From contig OZ024741.1 of assembly GCA_964016885.1 (NCBI GenBank), positions 203,794,001 through 203,858,000 on the forward strand: DNA of 64,000 nt. The letters are read 5' to 3'. The notes under the pieces were generated by a model. It ran no database searches. It had not been told where the DNA came from and saw only the letters and a list, made by a program, of their open reading frames with translations. Numbering within the stretch: position 1 is the stretch's first letter; each line of letters starts with the position of its first letter. This stretch comes from Eledone cirrhosa. Taxonomy: Eukaryota. Position numbers and translations under genes: made by a program. Positions 12,538 to 25,149 of the stretch are shown piece by piece.

Positions 12538-13540
12538 CTAAAAGTATCAGATATTTTGTCGACTGAGACGAATTGGATTGATGCTGTTGATGTAGATGTT
12601 GAATCGATGAGATTGATGCTATTGATTTTAAAGAAAACCACTGAAAACTGCACCTATATAACCTTCTATAGACACTAAAACAAAACCATATATCATGCTC
12701 TCCTTAAGAGGCCGGAGATTAACAATTAATAATCTATGATATTTTTCGATCACAATTATATTAAGAAATGAAATCTACAGCCCACACCCATGCAGATTTA
12801 GCTGGCCTTATACGACGTTTACATTTTATAGGCGGTGTCTCAGGTGTTTTAATTATAAAAATTCCAGTCGTATCACGAAGAGTAACAAGAAATAAAGCTA
12901 AAAAAACTGAACGGGTGCCCTGTCCAGGAACCGAAGCTACGACGATATGACTATGAGTTCACCACCCTAACAACTGTCAGTTTAATAGATTTCTTAGATT
13001 ATAGATACATTAGTCCTTTCGTTTTTAACATCATATTCTGTGTAGTTTTGAGAAGTCTCATGGCTAAGTGGTTAAAACGTTGGGATCACAGTCGTAGAGT
13101 TGCAAGTTCGATTCTCGGTCCTGGCGGTGCCGCGTGTCTTTGAACAAGACACTTTATTTCACGGTGCTACAGTTCACTCAGCTGGGAAAAAATGAGTTTC
13201 GATGTCGCTGGTGCCAAGCTGTATGTACCTTTGTCTTTCTCTTGGACGGCACCGGTGGCGCTGAGAGGGGTGACTGGCATGCATTGACGGATGTTGGTCT
13301 TCCACAAAAACATTTTGTCCGAACTTGGGCCTTGGAGAGAAACTTTCTGGATGCAAACTCATGGTCATTCATAAATGAAAGGGACCTACTATTCGGTGGT
13401 GTAATAAAGAGAACGTTCAGACATTTTAAGTAGACATTACATATTACTGGAATACAGCAATCTTCGGAAACTATTAAATCAATAATTGCATTTCAAATTC
13501 ATTAAAATTATTTACAGTATTTTTTTTTTATATATCTAAA

Positions 13541-14226
13541 CTATTATAAAGTAAGAAGCGCGGGACTGCGTACGGTTTATAATTTGTTATCCCCTTAATA
13601 AAATAAGTTGGATTACTTTGAAGAAATAATTGCTTCTACTTTGGGCACAAGGCCAGCAATTATCCCAGTGTATTACTGGTACTTTATTTTATCGACCTGG
13701 TAAGGATGAAAGGCAAAGTTAACCTCGGCGGGATTTGAACTCAGTCCGTAAAGGGACGTAACTGTGCTGCAAAGCATGGCGTCCGACTCTCTACCGTTAC
13801 TGCCAATCCACCGCCCTTTGAAGAAATAATGAATGAATGTTACATAATTTATCTAAATTTATCTAAATTTCGTGGCTGTTCATTAAGTATATTTTATTAC
13901 TTATTTAAAGATTCACTTCTTTAAAATGTTCAAATGTAAACACTTCCGGTTAGCGATCGTTTAAATAAATATTCATATATTTCTGACACTAATTTTCTCC
14001 TAATGCAGTTTATATATAATATCGTCTTTTTTTTAATGTATCATGGATTACGTTACTGATTACATAAGAGAGTGTAACGCAGTCTTCGTTCAATTTCTGT
14101 GTATATTGTCAATTACGATTTTATTTGATGTATCAATATCTACATGTATATATACTTGCGTATAATATCAATATACACACTCCACATGTTAGCAGAAAAC
14201 CACCCGAAGGGTGGATTTTGTTCTAG
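13541..14226 (+). mobile_element. Non-autonomous dispersed repeat ending in a hairpin + CTAG (Helitron-like), interrupted by a SINE
   Basis: An inverted copy lies at about 49415-49895 and a diverged copy at about 16785-17240. The end reads agcagaaaaccacccgaagggtggattttgttCTAG|t. Confidence 0.55.
13625..13820 (-). mobile_element. tRNA-headed SINE (dominant family in window)
   Basis: Consensus ggcggtggattggcagta...gagttcaaatcccgccgaggttaactttgcctttcatccttacggggtcgataaaataaagtaccag. Other copies lie at about 15925-16060, 18360-18545, 25530-25720, 26255-26445, 30680-30800, 49140-49330 and 62785-62945. Confidence 0.9.
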
Positions 14227-14559
14227 TTTACTTTAATTATTATTAAATATAATTTAATTTTAAGCATAAGTAAGCAAGATTTTAGCAAATATGTGGAAAC
14301 GATATGAAGTGATGCCCATGCATATTGCAATATTTCGTCTTTCTTTATTAATATATTATTCATAATTTACATATACAGATGAATCACGTACCGTTTTCAT
14401 TCTATATATTCCATTGCTCGGTTATGTACGGTTATGCCGGAGATTGCCAAAATCCAATTATATGAAATGTCTACTTACAATGAATGCACGCTTATGAAAG
14501 AAAATGAAAGGAAATCCTATTTTTGTTATTTATATAATTAAATCAACATTAAAACAATC

Positions 14560-15920
14560 TCTCTTGTTGAAAATTGGGATTATCACTCCCGATTGTCATT
14601 GTTTAGGTGCCTTTCCAGAAATCCAGGCTACACTGCACACACGAGTCAGCCAGAGAATACCTTTTTTATTTAAGGCTTTTAACATCTCGGGCCGGATATC
14701 ATTTTGCCCAGCAACCTTGCCACATTTGAGCTCTTTAACTGCTCATGTGACTTCAGTCTCCGAAATATTAGTCACCACTCTCAAGTGCACCTCGTGTACA
14801 TCAGAAGATGCTGTTGTGATCGGGTTTAGGAGATCAGCAAAGTATTCTCTCCACCCCGTCAGCATGCACCACTCTGAAGAGGGATGAACCCCAGACGCGT
14901 TCCTGATAGCAAGTGTGGAGAAGGACTTCTTATTACGAAGTCCGTGGATGGTCTGCCAGAACACTTAATTTGCTTATATGAAGTCGGATTCTAGCTTAAC
15001 CCTAAAGTCCTCCTATATTTTAGCTTTGGATTCCTTTACTGTCTTTATGACTCTTCATTTCTGCTTGTACCGCAGGTGCAAGAAGGAGGGCTTATTTCCA
15101 AGTCAAGCTTTGTAGGCCTTCCTCTTTGCTCGGATGGATTATCTGACCTCTTTATTCAACCAATGGGTCCTCCCGCCATTCGGCACTACACTAAACCTCT
15201 TTGGCCCACAGCCGAAGCAGAAACTACTGAGCTGAACAATCTCCACTTTATCTCAACGTCTTCTGTTTCCTCAGGGAGTTCTCTAATTTGGGATGCAATA
15301 GTATCTGAATACCTGGTCCTGACTTCCCTATCCACCAACGCCGCTTCCCATTTTAGGTAGTATCAAGCCGCAGATAACTAGATGGTGATCAGGTGACGGC
15401 TCAACCCTGGTCTTAACATGAACATCCAGCACAGAATCGAAGAGATCAGAGAAAATAACAAAAAATCAAATTTCAAAAAGGGAGTCGAGAGAGATCGTTC
15501 CAATTACAGAAGGATCTCCTTTTTAAGACTTCCCCATATAGTCTGCTAAATGCTAAATATCTGGCGAAGAGATGCAGGGAGATTATCGAGTCCAAGTTAC
15601 CTGATGAGCAGTGCGGTTTTCGCCCCGGATGCAGCACAGCCGACCAAATATTCACACTGCAACAAGTCTTCGAGAAATAATGCGAGTACTGCCAAGAGGT
15701 GTATTCTTGTTTTGTAGACCTCGAAAAAACATACGACCGCGTCCCTAGGGACCTGCTGTGGAAGGCTGTGCAGAAATATGGGATCGGTGGTCAGCTTCTT
15801 GCTACCCTGATGTCTCTATATGAATGCCTGACTATTTGTGTTCGGATAAATGGTGCTGAATCGACACTGTTTAATGTGGGAGTTGGACTCCGCCAGGGGT
15901 ATGTACTGTCACCTCTCCTA
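14560..15920. mobile_element. RTE-clade LINE fragments in both orientations
   Basis: Minus: WREYFADLLN, WISGKAPKQ. Plus: EQCGFRPG, CFVDLEKTYDRVPR, VGVGLRQGYVLSPLL. Confidence 0.85.
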
Positions 15921-16310
15921 AAGAGTTACGGTCCTTTATGATCTGAGTTCAAATCCCGCCGAGGTTAACTTTGCCTTTCATCCTTACGGGGTCGATAAAA
16001 TAAAGTACCAGTAATGTACTGTTATAATTGCTGGCCTTGTGCCAAAAGGAGAAACAATTATTTACATGAACAAGATTGACATGCGCAGTCGAGTTGGAAG
16101 TGATATCATGACTGGCGGATGTAAAATGTAAAATCAGTTGGCTGGAATTTGCAGACGACATAGTGTTACTTAATTCGAGAGGTGATTTCCAACTTGCACA
16201 TGAGGTCAGCTGGTTTCGCTTGGAGATCTAACCAGATTAGTCGGATCCGGTTGGTTCTGACAGGACCCACTTGAAGGAGTATTTGAGGACTCTGCTCCCA
16301 CGACCCTCTC

Positions 16311-16416
16311 AGAAGAAGAAGAAGAAAAAGAAGAAGAAGAAGAAGAAGAAGAAGAAGAAGAAGAAGAAGAAGAAGAAGAAGAAGAAGAAGAAGAAGAAGA
16401 AGAAGAAGAAGAAGAA
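16311..16416. repeat. (AAG)n microsatellite
   Basis: About 35 GAA units. Confidence 0.95.
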
Positions 16417-17386
16417 GACTTACCATATTTGGTCAGATTTAGCAGGCTGATCACATATCATTACACTTATGTGACGAACGGTGTTCCGGTGATAAAGCGG
16501 GTCAAAAGACGCTGAAAAGGTACAAAACATCACTCGTAGAGAAATAAAACCTTACTTCAAGGATTCAATTTTATTGACTGATTAAGCTAACCTACATTAT
16601 CACTATCTTATATTTCAACCAATCTTTTCATCCAAACGACAAAAGCACATTGATGGCACCTACACTCGCCTACTTCCGCGCATTCAGAACATCTGCTGGC
16701 GACATCTGCCTTTGAGAGAGATATATTCCGGCATCATTGGAGAACTGCGGGTCTATGTAGAGTTTATCTTTTTACATCACGTTATCAAAATAAATAGGAT
16801 TACTTTGAATAAATTATGAATGAATATTAAATTTCTTAGCTCTTGATTAAACATAAATAGTCTATATGTAATGTATTGCTTATTTCAAGATTCACTTCTG
16901 TTAAAACTTTCAAATGTCAACTTCCGTTAGCGTTCGTTATATCATAACATTTATATATCATGTTTATATTTCCATCGCTAATCTCATTTTCTCCTTTTTC
17001 GTTTTAATATATATTTATTTCTAAGATTTCACCGTAGGGATAACATATATATTTATACATACATGGGTTGTCTTCTTTTAAACTATCATGGATTACTTTA
17101 CTGATTACAGAAGAAAATGTAACACTGTCTTTGTTCAATGTATGTGCATATTGTTAAATAACTTTTCAATTTACGTATCATATCTATATGCATATATATA
17201 TATATTTGCGTATAATACCTTATGCGCAGTACATTTTCTGCTGGTATAATCATAAAGATAGCAGAGTCATAAGAATGTGTTACGGTATTCGTCCAAGCTC
17301 TCTACAAATCCCACCGAGGTCAACTTGTCTTTAATCCTTTAGACGTTGATTTACAAAGTACCAAACAAGTACTGGGGTTCGAATTT

Positions 17387-17475
<89 letters not shown>

Positions 17476-19914
17476 AAATAGATTGTTTTCAGACCCTGAA
17501 GAGGTGTGGGCTTCATCAAATTTAAAATGTCCAAGACATGCCATATGTCCCGATGTAACCCCAACGACTCCAATAGAAGTTAAGAGACCATAGTATGTCA
17601 TATCAATTAAATTATTTGAGATGGAAGAAGATGTCAATCTCAAAAATTAGAAGTCCAAAGTGTCATGTTTCATAATTACAGGTGTACCAACTGTAGTTTG
17701 AATAAAGAAAATCTTCAGTAGAAGCGAAGTATATACTCACTAATGTATTGATTCGGATCTACTGGTACAGCTTTACACAAAAGACTTTTCGTCTGAAATA
17801 AGTTCACATTTATATATTATTCAAATTATAAGCTATGACTTAATAAAAAAACTTCTTGAATTTTAATCTTTGTTACCTCTTACAACAGTATGAAACGTCA
17901 TGAGCATATTTCTTTCGTTTAATTCTATTCATTGGCATTGCATTGAGTTCTGCCCATGATTGTCATTGAAACTAGTATAGCTTCTGGTCTCTCCATCTAC
18001 CATTGCAGCATCCTGGGTTTCTCTTTCCAAGGATCACCCTCTTCAGACAAATTTTAGAGAGATCTCATGCTCATTGTTATTACATTAAGTTTTGCCCATA
18101 ACATTGACATGATTTTAGGATCTGGTCGCGTCATCTATCATTGGGGTGCCCTCGATTTTTCTTTCCAGATATCATACCTTCAAGACAGATTTTAGAGAGA
18201 CCACAAATTGAGCTTTTCATGTAGCCATTAGTTTGAGAGAGTTGCTTTTAATTTTATTAAAAACTGGTTGTTGTTGTTGTTGTTGTCGTTGTTGTTGTTG
18301 TTGTCGTTGTTGTTGATGATAAGGATGATGTGTCATTTCTCGAATATGTAATATTTTTACCGGATTTGCAATATCGGTAGAGGGTCGGACGCCATGCTTT
18401 GAAGCATAGAGTTATGGCTCCTTACGTTCTGAGTTCAAATCCCACCGGGGTTAACTTTGCCTTTCATACTTACGGGGTCGATAAAATAAAGCACCAGTAA
18501 TGCACTGGGATAATTGCTGGCCTTGTACCCAAAGTAGAAACAGTTATTGTTGGTTAGGTGTTCAGTAATAAATCTCGTGACATGGTTATGAAATACTTCA
18601 AGTTTTGTAGTTAAATATTTACTGGTATATAAGTATGTATATACTATGTAATACGGGATGTTTGTTTACAAACACACCGAGCATTATAATAAATGTTCGG
18701 TGAATCCATACGTACATATATATATGTGTGCATGTATGTATATATATATATATATACATACTACTGTACGTCTGTATACATATATGTATGTACGTGTACA
18801 TACTTATATTTAAGTAACAGCCGTACTAAGAGTGGGAAATGAAATTTCGTTTCATTTTTTCCGTTTATTTACCGGTAATTATTTCATTGGCTCACTTAAA
18901 TGTGACCTCAACTCGGATACTGGAGACAATAAACCAAATATATTCAAGAATCTACAGTGTATAATGTTCATTTTTTGTGGTTTTACTTTTTTCAGGAAAA
19001 TCTACGTGCGGTAACGATGAACATGGTAAGCGCTTTCATCGGAATATTCTTATTAGGGAAAAGCGTTACCAAGGCAACTCGGTCCTAGAATACTTACTGA
19101 CTACTTCGGTACTCTGAAGAAGCACATGACTGTAAGAAAGCTTAGAAGAAACTCAAACCTGGTTACTTTTGAAACTACGGGCATACATTTTCGGTCGTAT
19201 TTTAATAAAGATAAAAGCATGTTAAACATATATTTGTATTCAACGCGAAAAACATTTTTAGGATCACATATTTTGATTATTGTGGCACGATAAAATACTT
19301 TATTCCCTCTGCTCCTCACCTCCTTCAGTGTAATGGGAGCATTGAGAATGATCAAAGAACATGCAGACAAAGGCTTAATCAGAACCCCAGAACTTTGAAA
19401 TAGGCATAACATACATAAAGTAGCGCTGTTAGGAAAGGTGTATATATTACATAGCGTACTTTCAATATAATAGAAGCAAAAAAAAAAATAATACTGCGAA
19501 ACCCAAGGTACACAGGGATACGGTCAGTATGGAAACGAATGCATAAAATAAAGGATGACTAAACAAGAATATCGGCATCAATAACAACATCAACATTGAC
19601 AACAGCAACAACACAGCAGCAACAATATATACCTTATATCTATAGCTACCCCGTAACTTAATAAGCACCAAATTAAACCGTTGAAACTTCATATCCTATC
19701 GCATTAATTTCATGTTGTATTTTAACCTGTATTTTTGATTTTATCCTCTTTTAATATGAATGTAACCTCTAAATGTATACTGCCACTCTAAATGTATACT
19801 GCCACACTAAATGTTGTAATGGATGTCGACCCACCAAGCAACAATGTTTGCATATGTATCTGTATGTCTCTTGGGTTGAAAAGGAGGTCATATAAGTGAT
19901 CATTCATTAATAAA

Positions 19915-19963
19915 TTGCTCCGAAGAAACCAAACCTCGGTTTGGAGGAAACAGTTGTAAGCAT
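19915..19963 (+). ncRNA. Putative hammerhead ribozyme (CCGAAGA core variant) in a Penelope-like 3' region
   Basis: tgct-CCGAAGA-aa ccaaacc tc ggtttgg ag-GAAA-c agtt g-TA-agca: stems I, II and III and a GUA site are present. Confidence 0.55.
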
Positions 19964-20168
19964 AAAAATGTTTTGAACAGATCTTTGATTCTTATAACTT
20001 ATATATAACTGCTCTGTAAAACATCTGATGTTTTTACATTGAGCTATTTAACTTACTGGTAATAAGGTAGTAATATATTACTGCCTATCACTATTTAGGG
20101 TTTGTAAAAATATATATAACTACAAAAGGTTTTTGTATTTGCATAACCATAAATAGTATCCTTAGTAC

Positions 20169-20207
<39 letters not shown>

Positions 20208-20305
20208 GGGGATAGAGAGAGCGAGAGAGAGAGAGAGAGAGGGAGAGAGAGAGCGAGAGAGAGAGAGAGAGAGAGAACCACTGTAAACAAAATATGGGTA
20301 CTTAC

Positions 20306-20410
20306 ACCGTCCCAGACAGAGTTTGGTATGGTTATTTGAACGGTTTTAGATTCTGCAAAGGTCGTCGTTAAAATGAAACTCAACCACACAAGAATTTCGA
20401 TGGATAACAT
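20306..20410 (-). CDS. Exon 1 (signal peptide) of PHM/Cu type II monooxygenase-like gene, likely pseudogenised downstream
   Basis: ATG in an aacaATG context. Encodes MLSIEILVWLSFILTTTFA|ESKTVQITIPNSVWDG (hydrophobic core and small-residue cleavage site). Perfect GTAAGT donor at 20305-20300, phase 0. Confidence 0.75.
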
Positions 20411-20459
20411 TGTTTCAGTTGGTAGTTCGACTGTTTAGTTTTTACTGCATCAGTCGGGA

Positions 20460-20473
20460 CATATGTTTATATA
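20460..20473 (-). promoter_or_regulatory. Candidate TATA box (TATATAAA) with adjacent CATATG E-box
   Basis: About 55 nt upstream of the ATG at 20410. It borders a (TA)n tract, so it could be incidental. Confidence 0.4.
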
Positions 20474-20477
20474 TATA

Positions 20478-20525
<48 letters not shown>

Positions 20526-20739
20526 ATGTATATAAGTATGCATGTATGTACAAGTTTGCATGTATATACGTATGTATAGTATTTCAAATTAGGTGACATG
20601 ACATCACATAAGGCGTGTCTTTGCTATTCATTGTGTTCTTGTTATACCTGCTTTCTACCAATGAAGTTACTCAGATATTCATATAAAATGTATACTACCC
20701 TCTCAACACTTTTCGTCTTCCCCCAACCACCATTTCTCC

Positions 20740-20810
<71 letters not shown>

Positions 20811-20828
20811 TATCTACTTCCTCACTCA

Positions 20829-20891
<63 letters not shown>

Positions 20892-21239
20892 GAAATAATT
20901 CCGTCGTCCAGGAAAAAAGAGTGCTCTATGTAGGTTACAGAGCTTATTAGTTATGTAATAAACAACATAAGATAATTATTTCATTTACCAGTGGTTTCTT
21001 GAAAGCAAACAAATTTATTTTCTTATTTCTGCCTTTCTCCTCCTCTGTATCGCTGTCAACTCAATAATAATTTTTATTTCCTTAATTCTTATTTTTTGTT
21101 TTTATATTTTTATTTGTATGTGATTGCGTATGTAGGTGTATATATATCTTATATGTGTGTGCATATGTATGTGTGTATATGTGTGTATTTATGTGTGTGT
21201 ATGTATGTGTAAGTTTTGTGGGTTTCTTTGGCTTTAAGT

Positions 21240-22615
21240 AGTCTCAAGTTGCAGATAACTAGATGGTGATCAGTTGACAACTCAGTCCCTCTCTTAACAT
21301 CAACATCCAGCACAGAATCGAAAAGATCAGAAACAATAAGAAAATCAGTTATTGATATCTGTCCTTATTCCCATTATATCATGTATATGTCTCTATACTG
21401 GAAGAAAGTGATCATAATAGAGAGTCCATTGCTAGAACAGAAATCTTATAAGGACTCTCCATTCGTATGTATATGAAGGTCGCCATTCCCTCCAATCACT
21501 CCTTTCCATGTTAGGTGGTCAGTGCCAACATGTACATTGAAGTCTCCCATCAACATATATAACTCAGTCTTAACTACATCTAACGCTGCAGTGACATCAT
21601 CAAGGAGAGACCTGTATTCGGACTCCTTGTTTGGTGGATAAACTTGAACCACCCACATAGACCTATCTGTCAGCCTCAACTTCAAGAGGTAAATTTTTTC
21701 CTCCTAATGAGATCCAGTCCATAACACATTCTAACAGCCGAGAGTTGTGCTGTCATTTCTGGCGCCACATGTGGATAGTGGTATTTCCATCCTCCATAAA
21801 AATCTACAGTAGCAGAGATACGGAACTTTATTGAGGAAACTCCGACAATATCTAGCCGGTAGCATCTAGCCTCCTCTGCTAATTCCTGCTCCTTAGCTGT
21901 AAGGGTTGTGGTGTTCCAGGTTCCGATTGTCAAGGTTTGCTCTCTTTGGAGTCTCGGGATACGCAATCCGCTGACTCGTAATAAGAAGCCCTCTTCCACG
22001 CCTGCTATTAAGAACACGTCGGCAGTTCTCCTCTCTTCAGCGAGATACATCTTCGCGAGGTGGAGAGAATATTTTGATGATCTCCTAAACACGAGCACAA
22101 CAGCATCTTTTGATGTACACGAGGGACATCTAGGAACGGTGACTAATCTCTAAAAGCAGTTAAAGAGCTCAATGTAGCAAGGCCGCTGGAGAAAGGGATA
22201 TCCGGCCCGAGATGTTAAAAGCCTTAAATAGAGTGTGTGATGGGTGGCCTGGATCTCTGGAAAGGCACCTAAGCAATGGCAATCGGGAGTGATAATCCCA
22301 ATATTAAAAAAGGGAAACAAGGGAGATTGTTGCAATTACAGAGGGATCATCTTGTTAAGATTCCCTGGTAACGTGTATGCTAAGTGTCTGACAAAGAGAT
22401 GCAGGGAGATCGTCGAGTCCAAGCTAACTAATGAACAGTGTGGTCTGGTCCCTAAGGCAGCACAGCTGACCAAACATTCACACTACGGCAGGTCTTCAGG
22501 AAATCGTGGGAGTATTGCCAAGCGGTAAATTCTTGTTTTGTCGATCTTGAGAAGGCATATGACCGCGTTACTTAGGAGTATGGGATCGATAGCCAGCTTC
22601 TTGCTGCCCTGATAT
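21240..22615. mobile_element. RTE-clade LINE fragment with 5' inversion (APE on -, RT on +)
   Basis: Minus: TIGTWNTTTL, LDIVGVS, VVQVYPP, MGDFNVHVG. Plus: RWREYFDDLLN, KGNKGDCCNYRGI, EQCG. The switch point is at about 21950. Confidence 0.85.
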
Positions 22616-22767
22616 CTCTCACACACACACGCGCGCGCGTGAGTGTGTGTGAGTATGTATGAGTGTGTGTGAGTGTGTGTGAGTGTGTATATATAAAAAT
22701 ACACACACGCGCGCGCGCGTGAATGTGTGTGTATTTATATATATACACACTCACACATATACACTCA

Positions 22768-24059
22768 TCTATATATATAAAACTGTGGTTGTCTGTCTGT
22801 CTATCGATTTTTGGCACACATCTCCTCTTAGAATCTCTCACGGAATTGCACCGAAATTGCTATACTTGTACATTGAGCCCTAGCGAAGACATCGGAAAAA
22901 AAATATTTCAAATTGACCCGCCCTATCTGACGAAATCGAATATAATGTATCGATTTTTGAGCGTAAGTGATCAGTTATTTCCCTTTGTTCTGTTTACATT
23001 GAGCGTCTGCGTGCAAAAATTAAAAAAATTACGCTGGCTTTCTCAGCGTTTAAAATGACATTAACACAATAATTTTTACTTGAAAACAAGTCTATTTAAA
23101 GACTACGTAAAACAAGCAAATATTTCGTAAAAAAAAGCAAAAATTATATAAGTTTATTTAAAATATATGTATCTGTAAATTTCGTTAGGCGTGCAGTCAG
23201 TTTTATATATATAGATGATAAACAATAATATGTGTGACCTCTATGAGGTCACTAAACCTGCTAGAAACAGCAGCTAACTCTCCCTCATATCACACCACTC
23301 CCTACTGTCTTAAATTTAGAAAACACATATCCTCTATGAGGTTACTAAACCTGCTAGAAACAGCAGCTAACTCTCCCTCATATCACACCACTCCCTACTG
23401 TCTTAAATTTAGAAAACACATATCCTCTATGAGGTTACTAAACCTGCTAGAAACAGCAGCTAACTCTCCCCCATATCATACCCCTCCCTACTGTCTTAAA
23501 TTTAGAAAACATATCTTCTATGAGGTCACTAAACCTGCTAGAAACAGCAGCTAACTCTCCCTCATATCACACCACTCCCTACTGTCTTAAATTTAGAAAA
23601 CACATATCCTCTATGAGGTCACTAAACCTGCTAGAAACAGCAGCTAACTCTCCCTCATATCACACCACTCCCTACTGTCTTAAATTTAGAAAACACATAT
23701 CCTCTATGAGGTCACTAAACCTGCTAGAAACAACAGCTAACTCTCCCTCATATCACAACCCTCCCTACTGTCTTAAATTTAGAAAACACACAGACAACCA
23801 TGCAGAACAACTCCATCGCAGCTCTGTTGTTCGGCTGGCATCGTCTACGCGCGTGTTGCGCAAGTACTGTGAAACAATAAATTTCAACACTTTTTTGCAC
23901 AGAGATAATATCCATAGGCGAAACTACAATTGTCACTGCTGGCGCAGCTCATGCTTCCAGGTCTGCAATTCATTCACCCAGTGCCTGGCAGACAAAAAAG
24001 TGCTGCAACCTAACTTTGGTAACTTAATGACCCCGAGCAACGCCGGGCTTTAATGCTAG
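22768..24059 (+). mobile_element. Non-autonomous Helitron
   Basis: a|TCTATATATATAAAA 5' end; 3' hairpin cccgagcaacgccggg followed by CTAG|t (AT target, no TSD). Confidence 0.85.
23238..23790 (+). repeat. Tandem array of ~6 x 93 bp units inside the Helitron
   Basis: Unit cctctatgaggtcactaaacctgctagaaacagcagctaactctccctcatatcacaccactccctactgtcttaaatttagaaaacacatat. Confidence 0.95.
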
Positions 24060-25149
24060 TACTCTCTAAAACCATATTCCAAAAATAGAATTTATTTTAC
24101 AACCCTACTTTTGCCAATCCCATTTACCACTCTCACCCATATAATTTGTCTCTAGCTTACATTTCCCCTCCTTTCCACCCCCATCTGTACTCTTGACCAG
24201 TCGATTAACACAATTGAGATACACACACATATTTACAGAAAATCTCCCTCTCCCTAAAAATAATGTTGTTCTGTGTGAAAAAAAACAACTACCACCACAA
24301 CTACTACACTACTAATACTACTACTACTACTACTATGACTACCTATCTCAATACATAAGATTCTATTTTAGATCCAGTCTTCTTCTCAACAAGAAAGATG
24401 AACAAACCTGCCTCAACACTTAATTTTAAATCTTTAATTTTTAATTCTTTTTAATTCTTTTTAATTATAATACTCAACATTTGATAAGATGGATTTCACT
24501 GATACATCGAAACCAGTTATATTTTATATACATTATAAAACACTTTTTTAAAACGAATTTTCCTTCTCATATTTTCAATAATGTCACTTTGACGAATCAA
24601 AAAAAAACAGATCGTTAAATATATTTTCCGTGCTATTTCAAATTCCACCTTTTCTCTATAACCATAGAAAATAAATGAAAAATATTCTCATAATATATAT
24701 TTTATTATACATATTTCAAAGGTACAATGGTGTTTAAGTACGTTTTCATCAGATAAAATATAAGATTTGCTACGGTTGTGATTATTCAATTCCAATAGTG
24801 GCAGTGATTTATTTCAACAACCCGCAACGTTTTTATACCACAAATAATATGATAAACTTAGAGAAGATGGCGTAGAGCAAGGTAGAAATATAGAAGGGGA
24901 GTTGAGATGGAAAATGCAAAGAAAAAGAAAAAGACGAGAAATAAACAAATAAATAAATAAATAAATGAATAAAAGAAGAAAAAAAGATGTAAGAGAAAAA
25001 AAAGGGAATATAAACAAAAGAAAGGGAAGATGTCGGGAGAAAAAAGAAAAAAGAAAAAAGAAAAAAAAGAAAGGGAATAAAGAAAAAAGAAGAAGAGGAA
25101 AAGGAAAGGATAAAATAGAGGAGAGAATAAAAAAAACCGTTGCATTCAA

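Noticed and set aside
14379-14465. Short + strand frame MNHVPFSFYIFHCSVMYGYAGDCQNPII after a cAG
   Set aside because: Too short, with no supporting donor, partner exon or poly(A) context; indistinguishable from chance.
16470-16780. Possible solo LTR (TGTGACG...CATCAC)
   Set aside because: Termini are only suggestive; no TSD or second copy was found in the window.
23234-24053. ORFs from the 93-bp array (MRSLNLLETAANSPSYHTTPYCLKFRKHISS) as a second peptide precursor
   Set aside because: The array is frameshifted between units 3 and 4, lies inside a Helitron, and has no signal peptide or splice context.
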